A stretch of DNA of 64,000 bases from an uncultured Pseudomonadales bacterium (GTDB lineage: Bacteria > Patescibacteriota > Microgenomatia > UBA1400 > PJMF01). Positions 7,776-17,252 of the stretch are shown piece after piece. The notes beneath the pieces are model-generated. The model was not told where the DNA came from. It searched no databases and saw only the letters and a program-made list of their open reading frames with translations. The stretch's first letter is position 1; each line of letters begins with the position of its first letter. The stretch lies in contig CAYUQY010000002.1 in assembly GCA_964447075.1 (NCBI GenBank), positions 11,317 to 75,316 of the forward strand. The letters are read 5' to 3'. A program made the translations under genes and the position numbers.

Positions 7776-10397
7776 ATGTCCCTAAATTTCGTTCCCAAAT
7801 CTGGTGGTTCGTCAGGTAGTGATGATCAGAATGACGACTCCAAAAAAAATAAACCACTCAATCCAAACCAAGAAAAACCTAGTTCTAAATCCCAACTAGG
7901 ATCTCAACCAGCATCCTCGTCACCAGCGTCAGCCTCTGAAACCTCTTCTACCACAGCTCCTTCCTCACCAGCTGCTCCCTCCACAGCGTCTCCACCTATC
8001 ACCACGTCGCCATCTGAAGTAATTTTTGATCAAAAGGCACCTGTTATTGTGGAAGACCCGGAAGGACGGGTTTTCAAGCCATCTCCTCTGCAAATTCTGC
8101 CTATAGTTCCTATCAGAGAAGGAGTTTTGTTCCCTAGTACAGAGTCAGTTCTGACATTTGGGCGAACTTTAGCCATCCAAGCAATTCAAGCCAGCATGAA
8201 GCAAAAAAATCTAGTTATTCTCTTGGCTCAAAAAGAGTCAGGTGTTGACAGGCCGATTAAAAACGACCTCTATCAAGTCGGAACCCTTGCCACAATCGAG
8301 AGAACGCTCAATGTGGATGGTCAACTAAATGCCCTAGTAAGAGGTATTTCTCGAATTAAGATTGAAGATCTCATCACCGTAAAACCATTCTTAGTCGGAA
8401 CGTATAGAGAACTTAAAGATAATCTGCACAAAGACGAAGAGTTCCATATCCTGATGAGCCATCTCCAGAAAGAGTTCAAGAAGTCTGTCCACATGGGAAA
8501 GCCAGTGGAGTTTCTCAACTTCATGAAGCTCATGAGCGGCGTCAATGATAGTGAGTTAATTGACCAAATTGCCAGCACTCTCAACCTTAGTACTTCTGAA
8601 AAACAAGGTCTTTTAGAAACTCTGGATGTCAAAGATCGACTTAAGTCTGTCGTTAAGTTCTTGGATAAGGAAATCAATATTCTTGAGATCGAGAAAGATG
8701 TTGTCAGTAAAACCCAAGAAAAGTTTGATAAAAACATGAGAGAAAATATTCTTCGTGAGCGTCTGCGGACCATTCAGCAAGAGCTAGGTGAGATAGATGA
8801 CGAGGAAGAAGTTCTAGACGAGTATCAAAAAAAACTAAAGCACTCCAAACTTCCAGTTGAAGCTAGAGCCAAGGTTGTACGCGAAATAAAAAGACTTAAA
8901 CAGATGTCTGTCAATAATCCTGAGGGTGGCTACATCCGCTCCTGGCTTGATACCATCTTCGAGCTGCCATGGGGTAGTTACACCAAAGGGAACATCGACT
9001 TAAAAAAAGCTCTTCAAGTTCTAGACAAGCATCACTATGGACTCAAGGATGTTAAAGATAGAATTATCGAGTACATTGCAGTTCTCAAAATGAAGCAGAA
9101 ACAGCTGAAGCCTGGGCATATACCCACAATTCTATGTTTTGTGGGAGCTCCTGGGGTAGGTAAAACTAGCATTGGTAGATCGATAGCTGAAAGTTTGGGT
9201 AGAAAATTTGCCAAAATTTCCTTAGGTGGAGTACGTGACGAAGCTGAGATTAGAGGCCACAGAAGGACTTATGTAGGCGCAATGCCAGGTAGAATTATCA
9301 ACGGCATGAGGCAAGCCAAGAGTATGAACCCAGTCTTTATGCTCGATGAGATCGACAAGCTCGGCCAGGACTTTAGAGGAGATCCATCGGCAGCACTTTT
9401 GGAAGTCCTAGATCCTGAACAAAATCAACTTTTTGAGGATCACTACTTAGACATGCCTTTTGATCTTTCGAGAGTCATCTTTATCACCACCGCCAACACC
9501 CTAGATACAATTCCTCCAGCTCTTCTCGATCGTCTCGAAGTCATTCGTTACGCTGGGTATACACAAGATGAGAAGTTCCACATTGCCAAGGATCATCTTC
9601 TCGAAAAAGTTCGAAAAGCTAATGGTCTGTCTGGCAAGCATCTAGCCACTTCTGACCAAATCTTAAGCAAAATTATAGAGCGATACACCAAAGAAGCTGG
9701 CGTGCGTAATCTTGAGAGAGAGTTCAACAAAATCATGCGCAAGGTGGCCAGAGAGATCTCAGAAAGTAAACACAAAAGTGTCACTCTCACTTCGACGTCT
9801 CTCCAAAAGTATCTAGGACCAGAAAAATACGATACGACTCTTGCTGAAGAAAAAAGTGAGATCGGACTAGCCACAGGTCTAGCTTGGACCTCAGTTGGGG
9901 GCGATGTTTTATTCATTGAGGTCGCGCTCTCACCAGGTAAGGGCGATGTAAAGCTCACTGGCCAGCTTGGCGACGTCATGAAAGAGTCAGCTCAAGCCGC
10001 ACACACTTATGTACTGTCTCACGCAGCTTCACTTAAGATTCCACCTAACGTGCTCTCTAAAACAAACATTCATATCCATGTGCCAGAAGGCGCAGTCCCC
10101 AAAGACGGACCATCGGCCGGCATCACTATCTGCACTGCTATTATTTCAGCCTACACCAAAAGACCAGTTCGACGAGATGTAGCTATGACGGGCGAGATAA
10201 CGCTTAGAGGTAGAGTTATGCGCATTGGCGGATTAAAAGAGAAGAGCATTGCAGCCCATCAAGCAGGCATCAAAATTATCTTGATTCCCAAAGACAACTT
10301 GAGAGATTTGGTAGAAATTCCAGATGTTGTGAAGAAAGAAATTAAGTTTATCGGTGTTAGCAATGTTGAGGAAGTTCTAAAGATAGCTTTGACTTAA
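7776..10397 (+). CDS. lon: Lon protease with Ser/Pro-rich N-terminal extension
   Basis: Walker A GAPGVGKT, RGHRRTYVGAMPG, LDEIDK, PKDGPSAG catalytic Ser motif and IGGLKEK. Confidence 0.98.
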   Translation: MSLNFVPKSGGSSGSDDQNDDSKKNKPLNPNQEKPSSKSQLGSQPASSSPASASETSSTTAPSSPAAPSTASPPITTSPSEVIFDQKAPVIVEDPEGRVFKPSPLQILPIVPIREGVLFPSTESVLTFGRTLAIQAIQASMKQKNLVILLAQKESGVDRPIKNDLYQVGTLATIERTLNVDGQLNALVRGISRIKIEDLITVKPFLVGTYRELKDNLHKDEEFHILMSHLQKEFKKSVHMGKPVEFLNFMKLMSGVNDSELIDQIASTLNLSTSEKQGLLETLDVKDRLKSVVKFLDKEINILEIEKDVVSKTQEKFDKNMRENILRERLRTIQQELGEIDDEEEVLDEYQKKLKHSKLPVEARAKVVREIKRLKQMSVNNPEGGYIRSWLDTIFELPWGSYTKGNIDLKKALQVLDKHHYGLKDVKDRIIEYIAVLKMKQKQLKPGHIPTILCFVGAPGVGKTSIGRSIAESLGRKFAKISLGGVRDEAEIRGHRRTYVGAMPGRIINGMRQAKSMNPVFMLDEIDKLGQDFRGDPSAALLEVLDPEQNQLFEDHYLDMPFDLSRVIFITTANTLDTIPPALLDRLEVIRYAGYTQDEKFHIAKDHLLEKVRKANGLSGKHLATSDQILSKIIERYTKEAGVRNLEREFNKIMRKVAREISESKHKSVTLTSTSLQKYLGPEKYDTTLAEEKSEIGLATGLAWTSVGGDVLFIEVALSPGKGDVKLTGQLGDVMKESAQAAHTYVLSHAASLKIPPNVLSKTNIHIHVPEGAVPKDGPSAGITICTAIISAYTKRPVRRDVAMTGEITLRGRVMRIGGLKEKSIAAHQAGIKIILIPKDNLRDLVEIPDVVKKEIKFIGVSNVEEVLKIALT

Positions 10398-10431
10398 GGC
10401 TCCGAAGTTGCTTGGCTCTACTCTTGCACCC

Positions 10432-10791
10432 TTAAGAGCACTTTTCACACAGTCCAAAAATAGTAACGTGGTGATGGTCTACTTTAAAACCATTCAACTC
10501 TGTCGTGATGTTCAGCGCACATTCAATAGAGTTGACGGAGCCACAACTACTGCAGTAAAGATGATCATGGTGATCTGTTGTGACCTCATATCTGAGATCG
10601 TTTTGCTCAAAATTATGTCTACAGATCTTATGTTGAGCTTGAAGTAGATCAAGAGCTCTGTACATACTTGTCTTGTTGACTTTTCGACCTACTTTATGCA
10701 GCTGAATCAGTAATTCAGGCGCAGTCAACAGATGATGAGTCACTAGAAGTGACATGATGGCATCTCTCAAAAGTGAATGTCTCTGCGCCAT
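10432..10791 (-). CDS. Fur-family transcriptional regulator
   Basis: TSMYRAL, HHDHLYCSSCG and C-terminal GLCEKC. Confidence 0.88.
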   Translation of the reverse strand: MAQRHSLLRDAIMSLLVTHHLLTAPELLIQLHKVGRKVNKTSMYRALDLLQAQHKICRHNFEQNDLRYEVTTDHHDHLYCSSCGSVNSIECALNITTELNGFKVDHHHVTIFGLCEKCS

Positions 10792-10831
10792 AGCTTAAAA
10801 ATATCCTTCCATGGTGTACACTATATCAGCT

Positions 10832-11674
10832 ATGCGACGATATCTGCTCGTATTGTTGTTGGTGACTTCTTTTCTCACCTCAGGCTGCTCAATTTTAGAC
10901 TGGAAAGCCAAGTCCGGTCTACAAGTGGTGACTAATGACGTGCGTTCTTCTGTTTTTTTGGATGGAGTTCTTCTTGATACTACACCTTACATCAACAAAG
11001 AAATAAAGCCTGGCGAGTACTTGCTTCAGATTCAGCCTGACGATCCTGAGTACGTTCCCTACTCCACAAGAATATCTCTCTACAATGGTTTTCTCACGGT
11101 AATTGCCTGGAAGCCAGGTAAAACACCTGAAACTAGTGGGGGAGTAACCTACGAGGCTGAGCCTCTACCAAATGGCAATAATACCAAGCTAACTCTAATC
11201 TCTATCCCCGATACAGCCATTGTTCAGATCGACAGTGCTCAGCGTGGCTTCACGCCTCTATCTCTTGAGGATCTCCTGCCAGAGCATCACGACTATCAGG
11301 TGGCTTTACCCAGTTATGAGACTCAAAAACATACTATCGACTTGATTAAGGGTTACCACACTCGCATCACCGTAAAGCTAGCCAAGGAAGAAGATCTCAA
11401 TAGTTTGGAGACTCAATCAACTCTTGGAAGCGATCAGAAGAGTCCGTCCCCATCCCTCAAGAAATTAAAAATTTTAAAAACTGGCTTGTTTCGCAATGCC
11501 AAAGAAGGAGTGAGGGTTCGAGAAATGCCTGATTCTTCATCTACTGAGCTCGACTTTGCCCTCACAGGAGATGTCTACAACCTTGTAGAAAGTTCTTCTG
11601 AAGGCTGGCATAAAATCCAGATCGAGGATCAAGAAGGCTGGATTTCTGGCAAATTTAGCGAGGTAGTGGAGTGA
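10832..11674 (+). CDS. Exported/lipoprotein-like PEGA-domain protein with C-terminal bacterial SH3 domain
   Basis: Signal peptide ending LTSGC; two PEGA-like repeats (VFLDG..TTP, VQID..GFTP); VRVRE.P..GWHKI..GWIS; ATG 10832 preferred over 10811. Confidence 0.75.
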   Translation: MRRYLLVLLLVTSFLTSGCSILDWKAKSGLQVVTNDVRSSVFLDGVLLDTTPYINKEIKPGEYLLQIQPDDPEYVPYSTRISLYNGFLTVIAWKPGKTPETSGGVTYEAEPLPNGNNTKLTLISIPDTAIVQIDSAQRGFTPLSLEDLLPEHHDYQVALPSYETQKHTIDLIKGYHTRITVKLAKEEDLNSLETQSTLGSDQKSPSPSLKKLKILKTGLFRNAKEGVRVREMPDSSSTELDFALTGDVYNLVESSSEGWHKIQIEDQEGWISGKFSEVVE

Positions 11675-13500
11675 GATTGAGTATTTTGAGATCACTACTG
11701 AATCAATTTTTCCAGCTTAAGTACCTGTCGCCACTCACCTACTTTGGTTGCTGGTTTTTCTTCATGAGACGCTATTGGCTACAAGCCATTCGTCTGGATG
11801 ATGCCGGAAACTTACTCGTTGATGGTCAGATCTGGGGCGACTTCGCAGCTCACTTTACCATGGGATCTATGCTTGCTTACCGTGATTTTTGGCCTCAGAG
11901 TAATCCTTTTTTACTTGGACAATTCTTTAACTATCCATTTTTAGTCAACTGGATCTCTGCCATGCTCATCAGAGTTGGAGTGCCATTTTTTTCTGCCTTC
12001 TGGATTCCTAGCTTGATATTTAGCTTGCTTCTAGTCATTGCTCTCTACTATTTTTTTTATAAAGTCTTTCGCTCACCAACCCTGGCAGCTCTCTCAGCCA
12101 CACTTTTTTTACTCAATGGTGGAGTAGGTGGAATTTTCTACCTTAACGAACTCTGGAAGAGCTCAAATTTAATCGAAGCTGCCTTAAATCCTAAACATTG
12201 GTACACCTCTCTGGACATAAATATCAACTGGATGCTCGTGACTAGAAGCTTATTTTTTCCCCAAAGAGCTCTAGCTCTCGGATTTCCCCTCACTCTTGGA
12301 GCCCTGATGATACTTTGGCACCAGATTATGGAAGGTTCTTTTACAAAGAAAAAAATAACTCTTTCCACAAAAACAGAAACCAGAGCTTCCAAATCAATAA
12401 ACTTAAAACAGTGGCCAGAAGTTTTAAAACTGCACAATTTTGTTCCTCTCCTGCTCGCTGGTGTGACTCTAGGATCACTTCCTATCATCCACATTCACTC
12501 CTTCCTGGCAGCTGGGGTGATCTGTACATCCTGGCTTGTCATCTCCCTTCTCACCACTAGAAAGAGATTCATCGGCTCCTGGCTAGTTCTAAGCTTGAGT
12601 GTTGCCCTGATAGCTGCTCCATTGCTGATAGTTTTCTTCTGGGGAAAAACTACCACCGAAATTCGATTACTTCCTGGCTGGCTAGCAAATGTTAAACATG
12701 AGAATTGGCTAGTGTATTGGTTTAAGAACTGGGGTCTCACACCTTACTTAGCTGCTGTAGGCCTAGCCCTTGCTTGGCGAAAACGTGATTGGCGCAGCAC
12801 TACACTTCTAGGACCATTCATTCTGCTTTTTATTCTGGCTAACTTACTTGTTTTTCAACCCTGGGACTGGGACAACACCAAGCTGTTTGCTTGGAGCTCA
12901 TTGGGGATTAGTGGCTTTGCTGTTTATGCCCTGAGCCAAGCTTGGCAAAGTACAAAAAAGATCAACAACACAAGTGAATCTAAAAAATCAAAGAGGGGTC
13001 TTTTTTTAAGAATATCTAGAGTAATCTACTCCAAACTGCTCCGGCTGATTATTCTGTTGCTGTTCATATCTCTAATTTTTACTGGACTCATAGACTCGCT
13101 TAAGATGCTAAGTAAGAAAGACCACAAGCATACCTTGTACAGTTCTGAAGAGCTTGGGTTAGCAGAGTGGGTCAAAAACAACACGCCCTCATCAGGAGTT
13201 TGGCTGACCAACACACGTCATAACAACTGGCTCTACAACCTCACGGGAAGGCAAGTCATCATGACCTATCCTGGCTGGCTGTGGAGCTATGGCTACAGCT
13301 ACCAAACTCAAGAGAAAGAAGTCGAGCTCATGCGTAAACAGCCACTGCAAAATCTTGAACTGCTGCGCAGCTACAAAGTAAAGTATGTAGTAATAGAAAA
13401 TGATATGATTAACTCTTGGGAAGATCCCAAACTTGCTCCAGCCTTACCGCTTATTAAGCTCAAACAAACTACAAATTACCAAATTTTACAGATAAATTAA
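11671..13500 (+). CDS. Multi-pass membrane protein, probable GT-C-fold glycosyltransferase
   Basis: Many TM segments; WGDFAAH acidic loop motif, YPFL and WDNTK; soluble C-terminal domain (WVKNNT..LTGR..YPGWLWSYG). Confidence 0.65.
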   Translation: MRLSILRSLLNQFFQLKYLSPLTYFGCWFFFMRRYWLQAIRLDDAGNLLVDGQIWGDFAAHFTMGSMLAYRDFWPQSNPFLLGQFFNYPFLVNWISAMLIRVGVPFFSAFWIPSLIFSLLLVIALYYFFYKVFRSPTLAALSATLFLLNGGVGGIFYLNELWKSSNLIEAALNPKHWYTSLDININWMLVTRSLFFPQRALALGFPLTLGALMILWHQIMEGSFTKKKITLSTKTETRASKSINLKQWPEVLKLHNFVPLLLAGVTLGSLPIIHIHSFLAAGVICTSWLVISLLTTRKRFIGSWLVLSLSVALIAAPLLIVFFWGKTTTEIRLLPGWLANVKHENWLVYWFKNWGLTPYLAAVGLALAWRKRDWRSTTLLGPFILLFILANLLVFQPWDWDNTKLFAWSSLGISGFAVYALSQAWQSTKKINNTSESKKSKRGLFLRISRVIYSKLLRLIILLLFISLIFTGLIDSLKMLSKKDHKHTLYSSEELGLAEWVKNNTPSSGVWLTNTRHNNWLYNLTGRQVIMTYPGWLWSYGYSYQTQEKEVELMRKQPLQNLELLRSYKVKYVVIENDMINSWEDPKLAPALPLIKLKQTTNYQILQIN

Positions 13501-13506
13501 ATTTTC

Positions 13507-14751
13507 ATGCCCATGAAGTACTTTAGCCGCCTACTTTTATATCTCGCATTGGCAGCAATTGTCACGTTTGCCTTCAATCCTGCCTGGTCAGGTCATGCCA
13601 GCTACGATGTTTCAGTCTTTTACAGTCGAGCCCAACATTTTTTTAAAGAAGGTAGCTATGCGACTCTCAAATTTAATGAGTACCAACCTGGCGCCTTGCT
13701 TTACTTTGCCCTTCTTTCACCTGCGTTAAACATAATCAATTCTGGTGATTTTTTTCTAAAAGTTTTTATAGGTGTCAATGTGCTCCTCTGCATTCTTTAT
13801 GGAGAGGCTATTAATAAATATGCCGGCCACTGGGGTATTATCACTTACGCTCTCATAGTTATCTTTTCAGGACCCATCTTACTTTTTAGATTTGAGATGT
13901 TCTGTCACCTTCTCGTATTTGGCAGTATCTACTTCTGGCATCGCAAAAAACCTTATCTAAGTCTCTTTCTTCTGGGCTGGTCGATCATGACAAAAGTCTA
14001 CCCTGTTATCTTGATACCATACTTCTTGATGGTAGCTTGGCAGACATATCCTCTCAAAAAAATACTTAAAATTCTACTTTTCTCGCTTGGTAGCTTTCTA
14101 CTCTCAGTTGGAGCCTACTTCATTATTCTGAAGGACTCACCGGCGAGTATTATGAGTGGACTGGAAGTACAATCTAAAAAACCACTAACAATAGAAAGCG
14201 TGCCAGCTGTAGTAGCTTCTTCTATAAAATACTGGTCTACAGGAAAAATCGTTAAATTAGAAAGTTATCTAATGTGGGGAATATCTCAGGACGAACTACT
14301 AGGTGAAAGATGGATTTACAACGTTCTCTGGATAATCCCACTTTCAATTTTTTATCTCTGGCTTTCAAAGAAACAAAACTTAATAAAAAAGATGCATTTC
14401 AGTGTCATAGCCACCTTGATTACTTTGTTTCTGTTCTTCTCCAGTCAATTAGCACCACAGTACTTATTGTGGTTTGTACTATTCCTACCTCTTTTCATGA
14501 ACCAAGGGTCAAGTAAATACAAATGGCATAGGATCTGGTTGCTCATAACAACTCTGGTAATGCTGCTTACAGCGCAAGTTGTCTTTCCTATTTATTATAC
14601 TGAGCTAATTGAAGACTTCTTCAAAAACAATGGCAACCCAGATATCTTTTATATCTTAGTTATTAGAAACATATTACTTACTATGCTAGCTGTCTTCTTA
14701 ACATTCAACCAACATAAATTTTATAAGCAATATCTCAGTAGAGTGGTGTAA
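13507..14751 (+). CDS. GT-C membrane glycosyltransferase (GT87/DUF2029-like)
   Basis: YDV..F, EYQPGAL, RFE, TKVYP and PQYLLW motifs; polytopic. Confidence 0.7.
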   Translation: MPMKYFSRLLLYLALAAIVTFAFNPAWSGHASYDVSVFYSRAQHFFKEGSYATLKFNEYQPGALLYFALLSPALNIINSGDFFLKVFIGVNVLLCILYGEAINKYAGHWGIITYALIVIFSGPILLFRFEMFCHLLVFGSIYFWHRKKPYLSLFLLGWSIMTKVYPVILIPYFLMVAWQTYPLKKILKILLFSLGSFLLSVGAYFIILKDSPASIMSGLEVQSKKPLTIESVPAVVASSIKYWSTGKIVKLESYLMWGISQDELLGERWIYNVLWIIPLSIFYLWLSKKQNLIKKMHFSVIATLITLFLFFSSQLAPQYLLWFVLFLPLFMNQGSSKYKWHRIWLLITTLVMLLTAQVVFPIYYTELIEDFFKNNGNPDIFYILVIRNILLTMLAVFLTFNQHKFYKQYLSRVV

Positions 14752-14760
14752 GGCGACGAT

Positions 14761-16464
14761 ATGAGACATCTCCTCTCTCATGTTGGACCTTATGCCTTAC
14801 TTTTCATACTTGGCTTCTCAATTCGCATAGCTTATATATCTATTCTGCCATATGGTCTTAATTGGGACGAAACATCCTATGCATATAATGCATACTCCGT
14901 AATGACTACTGGTAAGGATGAATGGGGGACTTCTTATCCAATACTTCTCAGATCCTTTGGTGACTTTAAACCTGCACTTTTGAGCTATCTTATTATTCCA
15001 TTTCTAAACATCTTTTCAGATTGGAATGTAGCAGCTAGGTTTCCAGTGATTCTACTAAATTCGCTTGCAGGCAAGGTACCCGTTTCTTAAACAATCTGTC
15101 TTTTCTGTCTGTTAATTAGTAGCTCTCTGTAAACGGCTGGTGGCATTTTTAGAGCAGTATGAATTCACTTTAGTAAATTAGCTATGGACCCTGGCTTCTC
15201 ATTTGCACTTCTTTCTATTGGAGTAGCTTTACTAAATTCAACTAAGTATTGGCTCAGGTTTGTCGGGACAGTATGCCTACTGGCTTCAATGTTTGCATAC
15301 AACTCTGAAAGAGCATTCATTCCAATATTTTTTCTCGTACTAGCTTTAGTTTATAAAAATTACATAGTCAAATATCTATCAAAAAATAAATTAGCTAGCT
15401 TTAGCTTCATCATAGGTTCTTTATTTCTACTATATACAACTTTCTTTGGATCGGCTGGGAGTCGCATGAGATCTACTTCCTTTTTGTTTTTACCACAAGA
15501 TAATTTTTCAAATCAAGGTAATTTGAATCTCGAGTCTCGTGCGATAGGAGGAGTTACTTTAGCTGTGAGAAGAATTGGAAAATTTGCACAAAACTACCTT
15601 TCCTATTTTCATCCTAAATTTTTGTTTTTTCCAAATGGGCATTCTCATGATTTACTTGGTTTCACAGAAAAAGAAAACATACTTTTAATTTTATTTCCAT
15701 TTTTTTTAATAGGAGCGTTTACTTGTATTCTAAATAAAAATGACTTGCACAAACGTAATCTATCTAAAATATTTATATTATGGCTTTTAATAGCTCCTAT
15801 TCCAGCCGCTCTTACAAACGATCTACTTCACCCTGGTCGTTCTCTGATAATGTTACCCCCAATTATTTTTCTTTGCACAGTTGGAATCAATAGAATAATA
15901 TCAATTACTTCCAATAAACCCCGCCAACAAGTTATTGCAGCAATGACTGTCGTCATCTTAAGTTTAAACTTTTTTAGTTATTACCTAAGTTACTATAGAA
16001 CTTACCCAGAAAAATCTGAACTCTCATTTCAAGGATACTTCCAGTCAATTGCAAAATGGTTAAAGCCTAGGTCTGAGAACTACTCTAAGGTAGTAGTTTC
16101 CCATAATAACCCAATTACTTTTTCCAATGAACTAATTTTTCTAGCATGGTATATGAAAATAGACCCCAGTATGGTTCAGAAAGATAGAACATTTAGCGAC
16201 ATTAATTACTTAGATAAATTCAATAATATTACCTCATCTAAGCCACTAGGCATGGAACCAATTTGTGCATTACTCAATGATGACACTCTAGTAATTTTGA
16301 GCAAAGGCGAATCAAATGAACTGAATACTATGCCTGTAAAAGAGTTTTTTAGTTATGAGAGATACGAAAAGCCAGAAGTTTTGCTCAGGGCTTATGAAAC
16401 AAATAATGTGCTTCAGTCGGATAAAGCTCTTATTAAAAATATGTACTGCGCCTTGTCAATCTAA
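14761..16464 (+). pseudogene. Interrupted ArnT/PMT-family (GT39/GT83-like) glycosyltransferase
   Basis: ORFs 14761-15090 (GLNWDETSYAYNAYS..TGKDEWG) and 15184-16464 are in the same frame, separated by stops at 15088, 15130 and 15160. Confidence 0.75.
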
Positions 16465-16484
16465 ATTTGACCCTCTATTTTTTG

Positions 16485-17201
16485 TTAAATATTGCAAAGC
16501 ATAACTAAATTTACAAACTCACCCACATCCAGCGAGGCTTCTCCCACTAAAACTCCATCGCTTACTTCCAGGTAGCTGTTTACATTTTTTGGTGTAGCAG
16601 AGCCGCCGTAGATCACTCGTGTTTTGGGCATGAGTTTTTTGATTCTCTCCACTATGGTTTTTACGTGTTTTGGATCGTCGCTTTGGCCTGATCCGATAGC
16701 TTCCAGTGGTTCATACGCCACTACGCACTTGGAGTAGCTCTGGGGGGAGATAGCCTTGAGTTGTTCTAGTAAGTAAGGCGTGTCTACACAGATTATAGGA
16801 GTGATGTCGTTGTCCAAGCACTGATCCACTTTTTGAGCCACCATCTGACTTGTCTCCCTAAAATACCTCCGTCTCTCGCTATGTCCCACAATTGCGTACT
16901 TAACATTAAAACCCTGCAAGTTGTAGGCAGAGACTCCACCAGTATACTTGCCAGCAGGATATGGACTAATGTCTTGCACACCTAACTTAGTGAATGATTT
17001 TAAAGCTGGATTAAGCAGTCGATTAGAGACGAACATAAGTGAGGGCATTGGTGGTGCGATCACAACCTCAACTTCTTTAGAAAGCTTGGAGTCTACTAGA
17101 CTCATGTCTGATCCCACGAGTTTCTCTTCATACTTATCCATCCAGTGCTCCACTTCTGAGCGATTTTTATTGGACTTCCAGTTGGCGACAATTAATTTCA
17201 T
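16485..17201 (-). CDS. tpiA: Triosephosphate isomerase
   Basis: ANWK, VGHSERR, VAYEP..AIG, YGGS and DGVLVG.ASL. Confidence 0.96.
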   Translation of the reverse strand: MKLIVANWKSNKNRSEVEHWMDKYEEKLVGSDMSLVDSKLSKEVEVVIAPPMPSLMFVSNRLLNPALKSFTKLGVQDISPYPAGKYTGGVSAYNLQGFNVKYAIVGHSERRRYFRETSQMVAQKVDQCLDNDITPIICVDTPYLLEQLKAISPQSYSKCVVAYEPLEAIGSGQSDDPKHVKTIVERIKKLMPKTRVIYGGSATPKNVNSYLEVSDGVLVGEASLDVGEFVNLVMLCNI

Positions 17202-17252
17202 ATTAGATGGAGTATCTCACGTAGAATTATTTTTTCCTACTCACTATCCTAG

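Noticed and set aside
15160-15162. In-frame TGA as evidence of genetic code 25 or 4
   Set aside because: Two TAA stops are in the same patch, and TGA terminates many intact genes in the window (for example the ALS-like gene, SSADH and sortase)
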